From Octopus sinensis (lineage: Eukaryota), in assembly GCF_006345805.1 (NCBI RefSeq), contig NC_043004.1, positions 56,544,001-56,608,000 of the forward strand: 64,000 bases of DNA, read 5' to 3'. Position numbers and translations under genes: made by a program. Numbering within the stretch: position 1 is the stretch's first letter; each line of letters starts with the position of its first letter. Below the pieces are notes generated by a model that did no database searches, was not told the DNA's origin, and worked only from the letters and a program-made list of their open reading frames with translations. Below, piece after piece: positions 40,379 through 53,806 of this stretch.

Positions 40379-40742
40379 AGGCTTAGTTTTGTTTGTTTTG
40401 CACTTACGCCTGGTGTGTGTCACACTTATTTTAAAGGAGTGGCAAATGGAAAGTGAGGAGAACAGAGAGGAAGTATGAGACAAAGAGAAAGAGAGTGAGA
40501 GAGAAAGAGAGAGAGATTGAGATAGAGAGAGTGAGAGTGAGAGAGAAAGAGAGAGATAGAGTGAAAGAGACAGTAAGTGGTGAAGACGTTCGTTTTGTGT
40601 TTTAACGATTCAGAGAGGAACTAAGAGAAAAAGAGAGTTAGAGAAACAGAGAAAAAGTGAGAAAGAAAGAGAGAGAGAGAGAGAGAGTGAGAGACAGCGA
40701 GTCGTGACGGCGTTCGTATTATGATTTTAAAGTTGATATATA

Positions 40743-40785
<43 letters not shown>

Positions 40786-40919
40786 ATATATATACACGTT
40801 GTTAAATTACAAGCGGGCGAGCGGAGGGACACAGAGGAAGTGGAAGAGAAAGAGAGAAAACGAGAGGGACATTAGAACCACAGCATATATTGGGTGTCAC
40901 TTTCACTTTTTATTACCAC

Positions 40920-41555
40920 ACGAGGATAAGAATAACTCGCAAGCGGCTGAGTACTCAACAGACATGCATATCATTAGCGTAGTTCTCAGGGAGATTCAGC
41001 CATATACAGAATACGACAAGGCTGATCCATTTGAATTACAGCTACAACTCATTTTGGGCAGCTGAATGGACTGGAGCAAGATAAACTTTCAAGGGGTTAG
41101 AAGAAAACGAAAAACAGATCCTATACAGGGGTAGGAAAATCTTTTGAGTCGTTAGGATCACTGTGGATGTTAACCCGGTCCTATCAGCAGCATTTGTGGG
41201 TCTCACAGACCTGGAGGCTAATACCCAGATAAACACCCATGTGCAGGCTGTTTTTATAAAACAGAGCGTGAGTCGAGGGCGAACACGCGACGGAATAGCA
41301 ATTATTTTGTCTTAGCTTTCACTGCTTATACTAAACACATGACATTTTAGCCTTCCGATAGGGGACATTTCCTTTTCTTTCGTTTAAAATAACCACACTC
41401 CATCTGTTACGACGACGAGGTTTCTGTTTATCTGATAAATGGAACAGTCTGCTCGTAAAATTAACGCGCAAGTAGCTGAGTACTCCACAAACATGCATAC
41501 CATAAGGTAGTTCTCAAGGAGATTCAGCCTCACACAGAAGGTAACAAGGCTGTGT
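40920..41555 (-). mobile_element. Two degenerate SINE tail remnants (~40920-41090 and ~41395-41555)
   Basis: gcaag(c/t)(g/a)gctgagtactc...gtagttctca(g/a)ggagattcagc occurs twice and is reverse-complement-similar to 60800-60980. Confidence 0.6.
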
Positions 41556-42799
41556 ATGTGTGTGTGTGCGTGTGAGCTTATGTTCGTCCCTCTCACCTCC
41601 AGATGACAAACGGCGTTAGTTAGTTTACACCCCCGTAACTTACTTGTTCAATATTAAAATTTGAAAGAATAACTTCAGGCTTAGAAAATATATTACTGTG
41701 TTCGGTGTGTTCAACTAAACCTCTTCAAGGTAGTGCTCTAGCATGGCCGCAGTCTAATGACTGAAACAATACAATCATAATTGGAGAAGAGAATAAGCAT
41801 TTATTTTATTCACTACTTCTTCATGAGAATCAAATCAATTCCATCACTGCTAGGCTTTATGCAAATTTTCTGTTGGCCGATCTTATGGAAGTGAACTACC
41901 GTTCTGTCCGGGCCGTGAACATTATTTTCACCATTCTTGGCTGCTGACGCTCAGCAGCTTCGGCCTAAATATCAATAATTGTTAATTACAAATAAAATCA
42001 ATACTATTCCAGAGTGCCCTAAAATATATAATTTCCATGCTGTAAAGAATCTATCAATATGTGTAATATTAACCCCTGGTGTATATTTCTAATCGGTACC
42101 GATATACTTTAAAGGTTATGCGAGTTGAATAATATTAATCACTTCCTTTGTAATACCTGCTGCCTGAAAAAAAAAAGAAGTGTTTGATGATCCGGTCCAT
42201 ATAATTATTATATATTTAGCATATGTGTCATTGCGTTTATATTTCAACTCTATGAGTTTAAATATGTTCGTTTGCCGAAAGAAAAAATAAAACAGGATTG
42301 AATTTTTCGTGACTGAGCCTTCGTTTGAGAGGAAATAGATGTTTTTCAACTGAAAAATATGTGTTTCCAGTTGAAATTTTTCTTTCATCTCAGAACGAAT
42401 ATCAGTTACTAAATGTCAGATTCCTCTTCTGTCCATGAAATTTAGTGAACAATTTTCCTCACATACCACTACTACCACTGTGTACTCCACTACAGCTGCT
42501 GCTATTACCTCTATCCAGATTGTGGTTAGCTTGTAGATATTTAGTATTCAGTTAGCTATAATTTTATTTTCCAATGATTTCTCGTCTCTGAAAATAAGCA
42601 AGACATCGGTCATATTATATCTGAGGAATATACGCATATATCAATTTATGTTGTTGCTATCTTTGTTGTTGAACGCGTTTTACAATAACGTCCAAAATTA
42701 AGATTTCCTAACACTATAATAACTCCCAATGCTATTTAACACAAAGACCCACATACAAAACATCTAAAATAGAAATAATTCTCTGTTTATATATGTGTC

Positions 42800-43011
42800 T
42801 CAAAACGTGACCTCGTGTGTACCGTTGGCGATTTTCTTCCTCTGTCTTCCCTTCTCTGGATCTTTCCTTCTCCTATGTTTCCGACGAAGAGCTCCGCTCG
42901 AAACGTTAAACCCTCCTTCTTCCCTTCTTTCCTGAGCGTCCAATAATACTATATTTGTTCCACGTCCTCGCGTTGTTGTGTTTTTTTGTGTTTTCTTGTT
43001 TGGATTAACTT

Positions 43012-43012
<1 letters not shown>
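42800..43012 (+). mobile_element. Penelope-like pseudo-LTR remnant
   Basis: Pyrimidine-rich segment with a hammerhead core and tcctgagcgt, shared with the 13.1-13.4 kb remnant; ends in (TA)n. Confidence 0.6.
42877..42911 (+). ncRNA. Degenerate minimal type I hammerhead motif
   Basis: gttt-CCGACGA-a-gagc-tcc-gctc-GAAA-CG-TT-aaac; U4->C and a GUU triplet. Confidence 0.5.
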
Positions 43013-43108
<96 letters not shown>

Positions 43109-43333
43109 GTGTGTGCATGTGTGTGTATGTATGTAGCTAATCACAGGATTCGACCGTGCCACACTTTATAATAAATACCAGGAAAAAGCCATTCAACTTC
43201 TACTTCAAAATTATGGCCACCCAGGAAAATTTCAGCTACATAACTTCTACACTGTAGTCACACTTTGCAACATACAAACATACATAAAAAGTAAGAGGCA
43301 CACTTATTTCATGAGTGAAAATTAATGCACACA

Positions 43334-43365
<32 letters not shown>

Positions 43366-44432
43366 CACACATACATACACACACACATACACACAACACA
43401 CACAAACACTACAATCCATCTATATGTTAACAAACCCCAGTAAGTTGTTTGATTGAAACAAAATGGCCTTGTCGTTTTGGCTGTTAACGTCATGAACTTT
43501 GCACAGATAAAACGAAACAACTTCGATATTTCTAATACATACATACGAACATTCATATATTAGCAAAGATGATGTTTGAAAGGTTTAATATTCATTCAGC
43601 TGAATGTTTGTGTATTTTATTTCATTATGTTTATTGTTAAGAAACTTTCATGTTGCTCCCCGAATTCAGGATTGTTAAGTGCAGTAAATTTATGTAAAAT
43701 AATAATTCTTTTACTTCACATAAAAACATTGTTGAAATATCAAATTTCATTATACGTTGAACTTCGTAACAGATTATAAATTCAATTCTTTTAAAGTAGA
43801 ACATTTAATTAAAACACTTTATATTTCATAATCGCATCTCTAGTTAATGCATTTCTGTTCGTAGTTTCGCATTTTCTATCATCTGAAATTTTTTCACAAA
43901 TCAATACTTGAAGAGCTTACGCTTGAAATATCCACCATACTATTTTTGGATAAAGATTACATCGAAGATCACATGAAGATTGTGATTTGTTTGCGTATAT
44001 TTATTATTCATTTCTATATATTTTTTTAATTTTAAAATTTCAATGAATTTCTTGTCTCTTGCAGTAAACAAGAAATAAGCCATGTTATAGTTGTGGGAAA
44101 TATACAGACAAAATTTTATTTTATTGCTGATGTTGTTGTTGTTGCGGGTACTTTTAAGACATTGAAAAAAAACAGAAAAATCTAAGTGAAAATTTTTTGA
44201 GAAACTAGCAATACTGTATTTTAGAAAAATGTCCGATGGACTAAAAAGAAAAAGAAGAAAAGTGTTAAACGCTTCAAAAAATTTAGAATAGCAACACAAT
44301 GGACAGTAGGTATTAATGACTAGGTAGCGATTAGGTAAAAACTGATCATATAAGGAATAGATCTTATGTATAAATTTAGCAGAAATCTAAATCGTAAACT
44401 GGATATTCATAAAGTAACGTCAACTGTAGGTA

Positions 44433-44627
44433 CATTCTTCTTCTTCTTCTTCTTCTTCTTCTTCTTCTTCTTCTTCTTCTTCTTCTTCTTCTTCTTTTCT
44501 CCTTCTTCTTCTTCTTCTTCTCCTTCTTCTTCTTCTTCTTCTTCTCTTCTTCTTCTTCTTCTTCGACGTCATTGTCCTCGTAATAGTAGTAGTAATAATA
44601 ATAATAATGATAATAATAATAATAATA

Positions 44628-44675
<48 letters not shown>

Positions 44676-44688
44676 TAATAATAATAAT
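44433..44688. repeat. (TTC)n followed by (TAA)n microsatellites
   Basis: Direct reading. Confidence 0.95.
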
Positions 44689-45549
44689 CAAAATCTGAAA
44701 CAGAAGGGTTTATCATAGCAGCTCAAGATCAATGCCTACCAACAAGAAACTACCAGGCCAACATATTAAAGAACGGTAGTGGCCCAACATGTGTATGTCA
44801 ACAACAAAATGAAACCATTGATCATGTTGTCTCCAAGTGCAGTCTTCTAGCGCCTACAGAGAATCTCAACAGGCATGATAGAGCTGCACAATATATTTAC
44901 TGGGTAATCTGCAAAAACCTGGATTTTTCCCATGAAAAAAACTGGTGGGAACACAAACAACCTCCAGTGCTTGAAAATTACCACATCTCTCTCCTCTGGA
45001 ACTTCCCCATTCAAACTGACAGAAAGATAGATGCAAATAGGCCAGACACCATATTGAAAGACTTCAAACAAAGAACATGCCTCCTCATTGATATGACTGT
45101 CCCAATCGATATAAACGTATCTGTCAAGACCTACCAAAAACTGAGCAAATATAAAGATCTTGAAATAGAAATCAGCAAAATGTGGAACCTGAAGACTAAA
45201 ACAATACCTGTTGTCATAGGTGCCCTGGGAATGATAGCAAAAGGGGCTGACCGCTACCTAACTCAGATACCAGGAAACCCCAAAATGGCAGAAATTCAAA
45301 AGATAGTGCTCATGGGAACTGCTCATATCTTACGCAAAATACTTTCTATGTAATCTCAGGGTTTAAAACAAACATAATTTTTATTTTTTAATTTTTTTGT
45401 TGACATTCACTAGTACAACACAAAAAAACCCCAAATATATGGCACACTAGGCATAACAACAATGCGAACTTACAACCTGTTGTCTCTTGAGGTCTCTGGG
45501 TGAGACTTGGAGCCAACTTGTACAAATATAAAGCAAAAGTCAAACATAG
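44689..45549 (+). mobile_element. 5'-truncated R4/Dong-like RLE LINE (copy A)
   Basis: SETEGFIIAAQDQ, ETIDHVVSKC, ANRPDTILKD...LLIDMTVP...KLSKYKDL (PD-D/ExK endonuclease); (TAA)n on both sides. Confidence 0.9.
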
Positions 45550-45554
45550 AATAA

Positions 45555-45733
45555 TAATAATAATTGCTGCTACTACTCCTGGTACTACCACTGCTGCTGA
45601 TACTACCACTGCTGCTGCTGATGCTGTTGCTGCTACTACTACAGCTGCTGTTGCTGCGGCAATTACTATTGCTACTACCACTGCCGCTCCAACTGCTGAC
45701 AATGATATTGCTGCTGCTACTAATGATGATAAA
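45555..45733. repeat. Degenerate (GCT/ACT)n trinucleotide mosaic
   Basis: gctgctactactactcctggtactaccactgctgctgat... Confidence 0.8.
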
Positions 45734-45734
45734 T

Positions 45735-48700
45735 GAGGCCCCTATATGAAAATTAGTGGTTAAATCTTTTATTTTTTTAAAATTTTATTTTATTTAATTT
45801 TTTTTTAATGAAAATTTAATAATAATTTAACTTTACTTGAAAAGAAAATTTCTAACAGTACACCGAATCGCTTGTCCAAACATTTTCAAATGGCACAATA
45901 TCTTCCCCGAATACGAACCTGGAAGGTCACTTAAACGGGATATGTCCCAAATTAAGACCCCAAAGTTCACCACCACAACGACTAGAAAATCAAAAAAGTA
46001 AAAGAACTAAATGGAACCGGGAAGAATATAAAGAAGTAATATATGCTTATTACTTTGCATTAAGTAGGCCAACCCAAGAAAAACACACCGCAAACTCCTA
46101 CAGAATTTGGAGGAGCCGGAATCCAGCTAGCAGACCAAACCTGGATGAAAACAGATTACCAAATGTTAGAAGAGATATCTTCAGAAATACCAGACTCACA
46201 GATGCAGAATTAACCTCTATTAAAAAAGTGGTATAGAATGACCTAAATGTAAGTCAGGAAAGAAATAACGAAGCTGGGGAGAGGAATGTTGGGCCACAAG
46301 CATTGACTGAAAGGCGACCATCTGCCGAAACGACTCAAGATCCTGAAGAAGAAGGAAAATATAATGACCCTAGAAAAAACAGCCCGGGAAATGATGTCGA
46401 AATAGAATTTGAAGACCACATGTTTGTTGAACAACACAGAAAATCTATCATTGAAATGAAGCAAGAAGTTCTGAATGAGCTTGCATTTGTAGGGCATACA
46501 ACTATGAATGATAGGGAACCACTCCATAAACTCTCAAATGCACACCAACATAAAACACAAATAAAAATTGGCAACTGCGTTACGCAGGAAATCATACAAC
46601 AACTAAAACCCAATCTTAATAAATTAAATGAAATTATTTACTCTGTCGCTAAGGTAATCCAAAGACGCTGTTTAACACCCAAAAAACCAACAATACCAAA
46701 TTCGAAAAGAAAATCAAACTGGAGGAGTAGAATTGAAACTGAAATTGAATCATTGCGAAGGGAGATATCAATATTAACTGAGCTAATCTCTGGAAATGAT
46801 GTAAGATCAAGAAAAGGCAGGAAGATTGTGAGAAAATATGGACACTCAACAAGAGAAGAACTAATGTCAGCGAAAGAAACATTTAAACAAAAAGTTCAAG
46901 CAAAAGCTCAGAGAATACGCAGATTTGAGAAAAGAATCAAATTCTACAAACAAAATAAGATGTTCAAATCCAATGCCAAATCCTTTTACGGAGAAATAGG
47001 GAAAGAAAAAATAACCATTGAAAATCCACCCCTAAAGGAAGAAGTTGAAAACTTTTGGAAGGGGATCTGGAGTGATGAGAAACAATACAATGAAAATGCA
47101 GAGTGGATCAAACGCATCCAAAATGACTACAAAAATCTACAAGAACAGGTATGGGAAGACATCTCAATCGCCGACCTAAGGAGGGCACTAACGAAGGCTC
47201 ATAAGTGGAAATCCCCTGGTATTGATAGAGTACCAAATTTCTGGCTCTCATCACTCTCGTCCGCACAAAAAATGTTAGTAATACTATTTAATAGTATTAT
47301 GAAAGACCCGAAAAAACACCACATTGGATGGCAAATGTTATTACTTAACTCCTCCCCCAAAATAACAACACGAAAGACCCAAAAAACTACCGGCCTATAA
47401 CATGTTTATCTACTACCTATAAGATTTTGACATCTATTCTAGTAGAGAAAATATATACGTTTATGGAAGAGAATAACCTCTTTCCCACTGAACAAAAAGG
47501 ATGCAGACGAGGCTCATACGGATGCAAAGATCAGCTCCTAATTAATCGCATGATCCTCGATAACTGCCATAACAAGCGCAGAAATCTCAGCTCTTCATGG
47601 ATTGATTATAAAAAGTCTTTGACAGCATACCACATTCGTGGATTCAGAAATCCCTGGACATTTTCAAAATTTCTCCTGTGATTTCAGATTTTTTAAAGTA
47701 TAATATGTCACTATGGAACACGAAGCTCCAATTATATTATTCTAATTGAGTATTGCACTCAAACAACATTAGCATAAACTGTGGGATTTTCCAAGGTGAC
47801 TCACTTTCACCACTAATTTTCTGCATAGCACTAATACCACTCTCAAGTGAACTGAATAGAACAGGATATGGCTACAAAATTGACAACTGGAAAATAAACC
47901 ATCTATTTTATATGGATGACTTAAAGCTATATGGCAAAGATGAGGAAGAGTTTGAAGGATTATTACATACTGTGAAAGGATTCAGTGATGATACCGGGAT
48001 GGAGTTTGGCCTTGAAAAGTGTGCCAAAGCCACTTTTAAGAAACTGAAATTGGTAAAGTCAAGTTCAATCGAATTAGATGTCGAAATAGTAATAAAGGAA
48101 CTTGAGCAGGAACAAACCTATAAATACCTAGGAATAAATGAAGGCTCTGGTATCCAGCATGCAAGCATGAAAAAGAAGGTTAGGAAGGAATGTTATAGAA
48201 GAGTTCGAGCAGTCCTGAAGTCTGAACTGAATGCATATAATAAGGTGTTAGCCATAAATTCCTTAGCAGTACCAGTTGTTCTTTATAGCTTCAATGTGCT
48301 TAGCTGGAATACCAGTGAAGTAACAAAAATTGACAGAAAAATCCGCAAGCTACTGACTTGTAATAAGATGCACCATCCAAAGGAAGACGTGGATCGCCTT
48401 TACCTTCCCAGAGCTCAGGGAAGTCGAGGTTTGATCCAGTTTGAACTTACATATAAAACCACCACAATCGGACTGGCCAAATACCTTGAAGTAACCAACG
48501 ATTGGATGCTAAAACTTGTTGAAAAACATGAACGACCTAAAAAACTTCACTCTATTCTCAAAGAGAGCAAACAATTCGCTGCTGATCTCTTAGATACCCA
48601 CCAGATTGATCAGGCTGAAGAAAATGCACCATCTGCAGCTGCAAAGAAAATAAAATTAATTGCAAAGACAAAAGCACATGAAAATTTAGCTAGCAGTTGG

Positions 48701-49631
48701 GAACAGAAACCTCTCCATGGCAAGTATGTGGCCCGTAGCAAACAAGCTGATGTCGACCAGAAACACACGCACCAATGGTTACGAAGCTCAGGGCTAAAAG
48801 CAGAGAGTGAAGGTTTCATATTAGCTGCTCAAGACCAAAGCTTATTAACCCGGAACTACCAAGCCAATGTGATAAAAAATGGAGCTGACCCAAAATGCCG
48901 ATTCTGTAACGATGAGATTGAAACAACAGACCACCTAATTTCAGGGTGTAGAGTCTTAGCACCTGCAGAATATAAAGCAAGACATGACAGAGTCGGCCAG
49001 AATTTACATTGGACAGTATGTCGGCATTATAAAATCAAAACCGCTGACAAATGGTATAAACATCATCCTGAAGCTGTGACTGAGGGAGAAAATGTGTCGA
49101 TTCTATGGGACTTCTCCATGCAGACCGACAAGACTATAAAAGCTAATAAGCCGGATATTATTATAAAAGATCAGACAAAAAGGATGTGTTCCTTAATTGA
49201 CACGAGTATTCCCCGTGATCACAATATAGCGGTGAAAGAATTTGACAAGATTAGTAAATATAAAGACCTGCTAATAGAAATTGAAAAAAATGTGGCATCT
49301 CAAGGCGCCTACAGTACCAGTGATTGTAGGATCTCTAGGAATGATGAAAAAAGGTACTGAAACCTATTTGAAAATGATTCCAAGCTTACCATCCCTACAG
49401 GAAATGCAAAAAATCATATTAACTGGAACGGCTCATGTACTGAGAAGAGCACTATCGCTGAGAAAATAAAATCCATCCATGAATTTATTTATTTATTAAT
49501 TTTTAAATACATATTTTGTCTGTGAATTTGCGCGTGTAATTTGGGAATGCATACAATGCCCTTCTGTACCCTAGGTGAATGGAAAACACTCAGCGAGAAA
49601 CGGAAGAAAATTTGAAGAAAGAAGGAAAAAC
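45735..49631 (+). mobile_element. Near full-length R4/Dong-like RLE LINE (copy B), frameshifted single ORF
   Basis: WKSPGIDRVPNFW, GIFQGDSLSPLIFC, LFYMDDLKLY, CRFC...HLISGC, ANKPDIIIKD, KISKYKDL; ORF pieces 46303-47400, 47427-47681, 47753-49360 and 49281-49469; 3' end gaaggaaaaac then (ATA)n. The 5' boundary is approximate. Confidence 0.93.
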
Positions 49632-49652
49632 ATAATAATAATAATAATAATA

Positions 49653-49743
<91 letters not shown>

Positions 49744-49767
49744 AAGAAGAAGAAGAAGAAGAAGAAC
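49632..49767. repeat. (TAA)n followed by (GAA)n
   Basis: Direct reading. Confidence 0.95.
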
Positions 49768-50005
49768 CCTTTATAATATAAGCACAATGCATGATATTTC
49801 GCGAATGGAGCTAGTTGAATTACAGTGAACCCTGTGCTAGAGTACAAGTTAAAATAGAAATGTCGATCTCCACGGCACTTGAACTCAGGCGGGAAAGCCT
49901 GTAGAATAGCTGCAAATTATTTTGTCCAACTTGCTAACAATTCTGCCTACTCGTTGCTTAAACAACAACAACAACAACAATAATAATAATAACAATAATA
50001 ATAGT

Positions 50006-50090
50006 AATGCATACAATGAGCTTCTCTGCCCTTGGTGTACGGAAAACACTCGGCGAGAAACGGAAGAAAATTTGAAGAAAGAAGGAAACA
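50006..50090 (+). mobile_element. ~85-bp 3'-terminal mini-copy related to Dong-like copy B
   Basis: aatgcatacaatg...ggaaaacactc(a/g)gcgagaaacggaagaaaatttgaagaaagaaggaaa matches 49547-49631; (CAA/TAA)n upstream and (TAA)n downstream. Confidence 0.88.
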
Positions 50091-50102
50091 AATAATAATA
50101 TA

Positions 50103-50716
50103 AAATACATAAGACACTCTATGAATAAATTGCAGACAGTGCTATATCTACAAACAAAAGAGGGAATGGTGAAAACCAAAGCCATCCCCATTAGAAGAGG
50201 AATATTCCAGGGAGACACGCTCTCTCCAGTCCTTTTCTGCTTGGCACTTACACCTTTATCTGAATGTTAAATAGAACTGGATGCGGATAGAAATGTTACG
50301 GCAAAACAATCAGCCACCTCTTATCTATGGAGGACCTAAAACTATACGCTACAAATGATAAACAGCTGGAAAAAGTACTACAGACAGTACAAGGATTTAC
50401 TAAAGAAATAGATATGAAATTTGGAAAAATGCGCCAAGGTAACTTTGAAAAGAGGAAAACTAGTTAAGAGTAGCAACATCACACTAGATAAAACCAATGA
50501 AATAAGAGAATTAGACCAAAGCCAGACATACAAATATTTAGGAATCAATGAACTAAATACGATACAACACACACAAATGAAAGAGCAAATAAAGAAAGAA
50601 TACTATAGACGAATTATATCAATACTGAAAACAGAGCTCAATGATTAAAACATGATAATAGGTATTAACACTTTAGCTGTCCCAGTTAAAAGTTGCAGCT
50701 ACACTATCCTTAACTG
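50103..50716 (+). mobile_element. R4/Dong-like RT fragment (core RT domains)
   Basis: IRRGIFQGDTLSPVLFCLAL, HLLSMEDLKLYA, EKCAKVTLKRG, TYKYLGI. Confidence 0.85.
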
Positions 50717-51752
50717 ATGTAGAATATTGATAGGCATGTTATTGGCCTAAAATTTTGTGTTTGTACTGTGTCTTTACTTCTGGCAATTAGGTGGGGGGTG
50801 GGGGTGGCTTCTAGTATCCATTTTGGAGTTGCTTCTGGCTTTTTTATTAATAAATTAAATTCTGTCTCTATGTAAGTATGGGTACTGGTGAGCTGTTTCA
50901 ACTAGAATTTGGGGACCTGGTGTTTTCCAGTTGCTGACACTCCTTAGCCTGTCCGTAACCTCTTGGTTTGTGATGGTGGGCCATACCTGTAGTGTTATTT
51001 TATTCTTCTACTTGTTCTTATATATCCACCGAGCATTTTTGTTGTTTTTTCCTGTTTGCACCATATTTCTTCCCAGTATGTTGTTGACATATCTATTGAT
51101 ATAGTGATTTGTTTACCTTTCAATAAAATCTTCTCGTCTTTATTTTAAATTCTCCATTTTCCTGGAAGAAGCGTTCTTTTAATCCGTACCGTTGTACGTG
51201 GCAAGTTTTTGCTTAATTTGTTTCGTTTAACTTCCAGACATCTTAATTTTTTTATGTATAGTCTTATTATACGGGTCTTCTTTTAGTTTTCATATTTGAT
51301 CGTTCGTTCTCTAATTCACAAAGTTGTGATTAATTTATTATGTTGTTTCAATTTTGGGGTGAGATGTGGCTGGTCTTTTTACCAACTCAGGTTTATCTAG
51401 ATATCACAACAGCTGTTGAGTAGATCGAGTCGTTTAGGTTATTGGTATCTAGTGTATCGTTTGACGTGGTCATAATTTGTTGTAGAACTCTGTTTTATCT
51501 ATTATCCTTTAAAAGAGCTGCTTATTTGCGTGTTGTTTAGCTTTTTACGCATTTGCTCTGGCATGATAACGTGCCTGGCAGCAAATATGCTTCATATATG
51601 AGAAAAATATTTTGGTTTCCTGAAATGACTTGCATTAAGGACAATATTCTTTCATAATTTTGCAGTTTCTTCAATCTTGTTGCGATGATCACCGATTTAA
51701 TCCTTCCTCACAGAGAGTTCACTCGTGAACGTCCATCATATTTGTTATTCGC
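50717..51752 (-). mobile_element. R4/Dong-like N-terminal/pre-RT fragment in opposite orientation
   Basis: Minus strand QTQNFRPITCLSIFY at the junction; bounded by an (ATT/GTT)n tract at 51753-51802. Confidence 0.75.
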
Positions 51753-53731
51753 TATTATTATTGTTGTTGTTGTTGCTGCTGTTATTGTTGTTGCTGTTGT
51801 TCAGTGAGAGAGCAGTGCATACTATCAAAGTGACACTGGGGTAGAATATACGAAGCCCAGTATACCCATCATGACTACCCCTCTGATAATGATATCGCTG
51901 CTGATTTTTCCTGCGATGTCGAATGATCTCATGGTTCTACACTGTTCAGCTTGTTTACACTGACTGCAACCGATATTATCCTCTTCTGGGTTTTCGAAAA
52001 TTAATAACCTGGTGCCATCTTTTCTGAAAATTACTTAGCTTCGCCTGTACTTTGACTAATGTAGGATTTCAAAGACTGTACATCTTCAGCGACCGTATTT
52101 ATTTACGTAACTATATTGTCCAAAACGTTCTTATTTGTCGCATAATGCTGTGTTTTCTGTTTATTTTATCGCTAATTTAATTTTATTTTTCACTTGTTAA
52201 AACTCTGAGAAAATGCTTTGATACTTGACTAAAATACTTTATTCCTCCTGAAAATGTTTTCAAGTTTTTGTTTTCTTTTCAATGGAACAATGATTACTGT
52301 ATTTGAATAACCAAGTTAGATTTATTATGCTGGTAAGAATTACAGCTGACATTTTTCATAAAAAATATGGACTCCAAGAAAATATCTCTTAATATAAACT
52401 CGAAAACAGTTATTACCACTAAGGTTTCATTATGATATAGGAACATATACTAATTCTTGATCATGTTTTGAAATGCAGCAAATATATTCAGATAAGAATA
52501 TACATTGAGTTTAAAGAGAAATAGAATGAAAGTACAATTTAGAGATTCTATCAAATTGCTAGAGCTGGTAAGTTATTTTATTTTTACATGGTTTGAAAGA
52601 ATGAATATTATAATGGATATGACTTCAAAAACAGGAATACGAAAATATGGCTAAAGCTGCTATTCTTAGTGGACATTAAAAGTTTATGTAGGGTAGAACA
52701 AATTGTTTGTACACGGTGTGACCGTAAATAGCTGGAGAAAAGTATCCAGGAAATATTTCATCTGCTTATAAAATACACTAATTGCAAACGCAATATCCAT
52801 ATACAAAGAATTATTTATTTTTCAGCCGTAAAAGATGTGAAGTAAGAACAGTGTCAGAGCAATGAATGTGATGTAAAATATGCTAATATGGTATTTCTGA
52901 ACAACTAATTTACGTATGGTAAAGAAATTAAGAATTATTATATTTAAGAAAGAATTACTCCGTCGTATACTTATGTCTTTCCTGAGAACAGAACTACAGT
53001 AAATTGATTGTAATAGTCCCAACCTCGAAGGAAAAGTATTTTAGTAAATATAAACAAATGCTTGCAAGGTTTATTATTTCTTGTTTACATGTATATATAT
53101 ATTCTGTTTCTGCAGCTTGTCAATCATAACTTATATTGTATCGATTCTCAACGTATTGATTTGCGGGTAAAAGTGTTTTCCTTGGTTGTAGTGGCAGTCA
53201 TAGTGATGCTGCTGATGGGAGGTGGAGATGTGTATCTAGAGGCAAGCAAGAAAATCTTGCTTAATTGCTTGTAGCAATTATGGCTGTTTCTAAATAAAAT
53301 TATAAACATAATCTATTTATATAGGCATTTCCCTCTTTGCTTCCCATACCATTGCAAACTATAACTTGAAAGCCTAATATTTCTCTTTGATCTCATCGCC
53401 CATGTTATATTAATCGATCAATCAACACCAATAAATTGTGCAATATTTTGCGTTGTGACGTGGGTAAGGGAATGGAAAGTATAAAATTAATATAAAAACT
53501 CAAAATGTATATATGCACACACATTGAAAGTTGAAAGAATGTACACACAAAAAAATGAAGGCATACATAATGACACAAACAAACATAGGAAATAGTAAAA
53601 AAGAAATAAAATGAGGTAGCAGTTTTTAGATAAACTTCGTATAAAAGACACGTTTTACTGCATAGGCTTAAACATTTCCGTTACTAGAATCCAAAACTAC
53701 TTAATGTAAAAAAGTACGCAGTGATCTTCTG

Positions 53732-53806
<75 letters not shown>

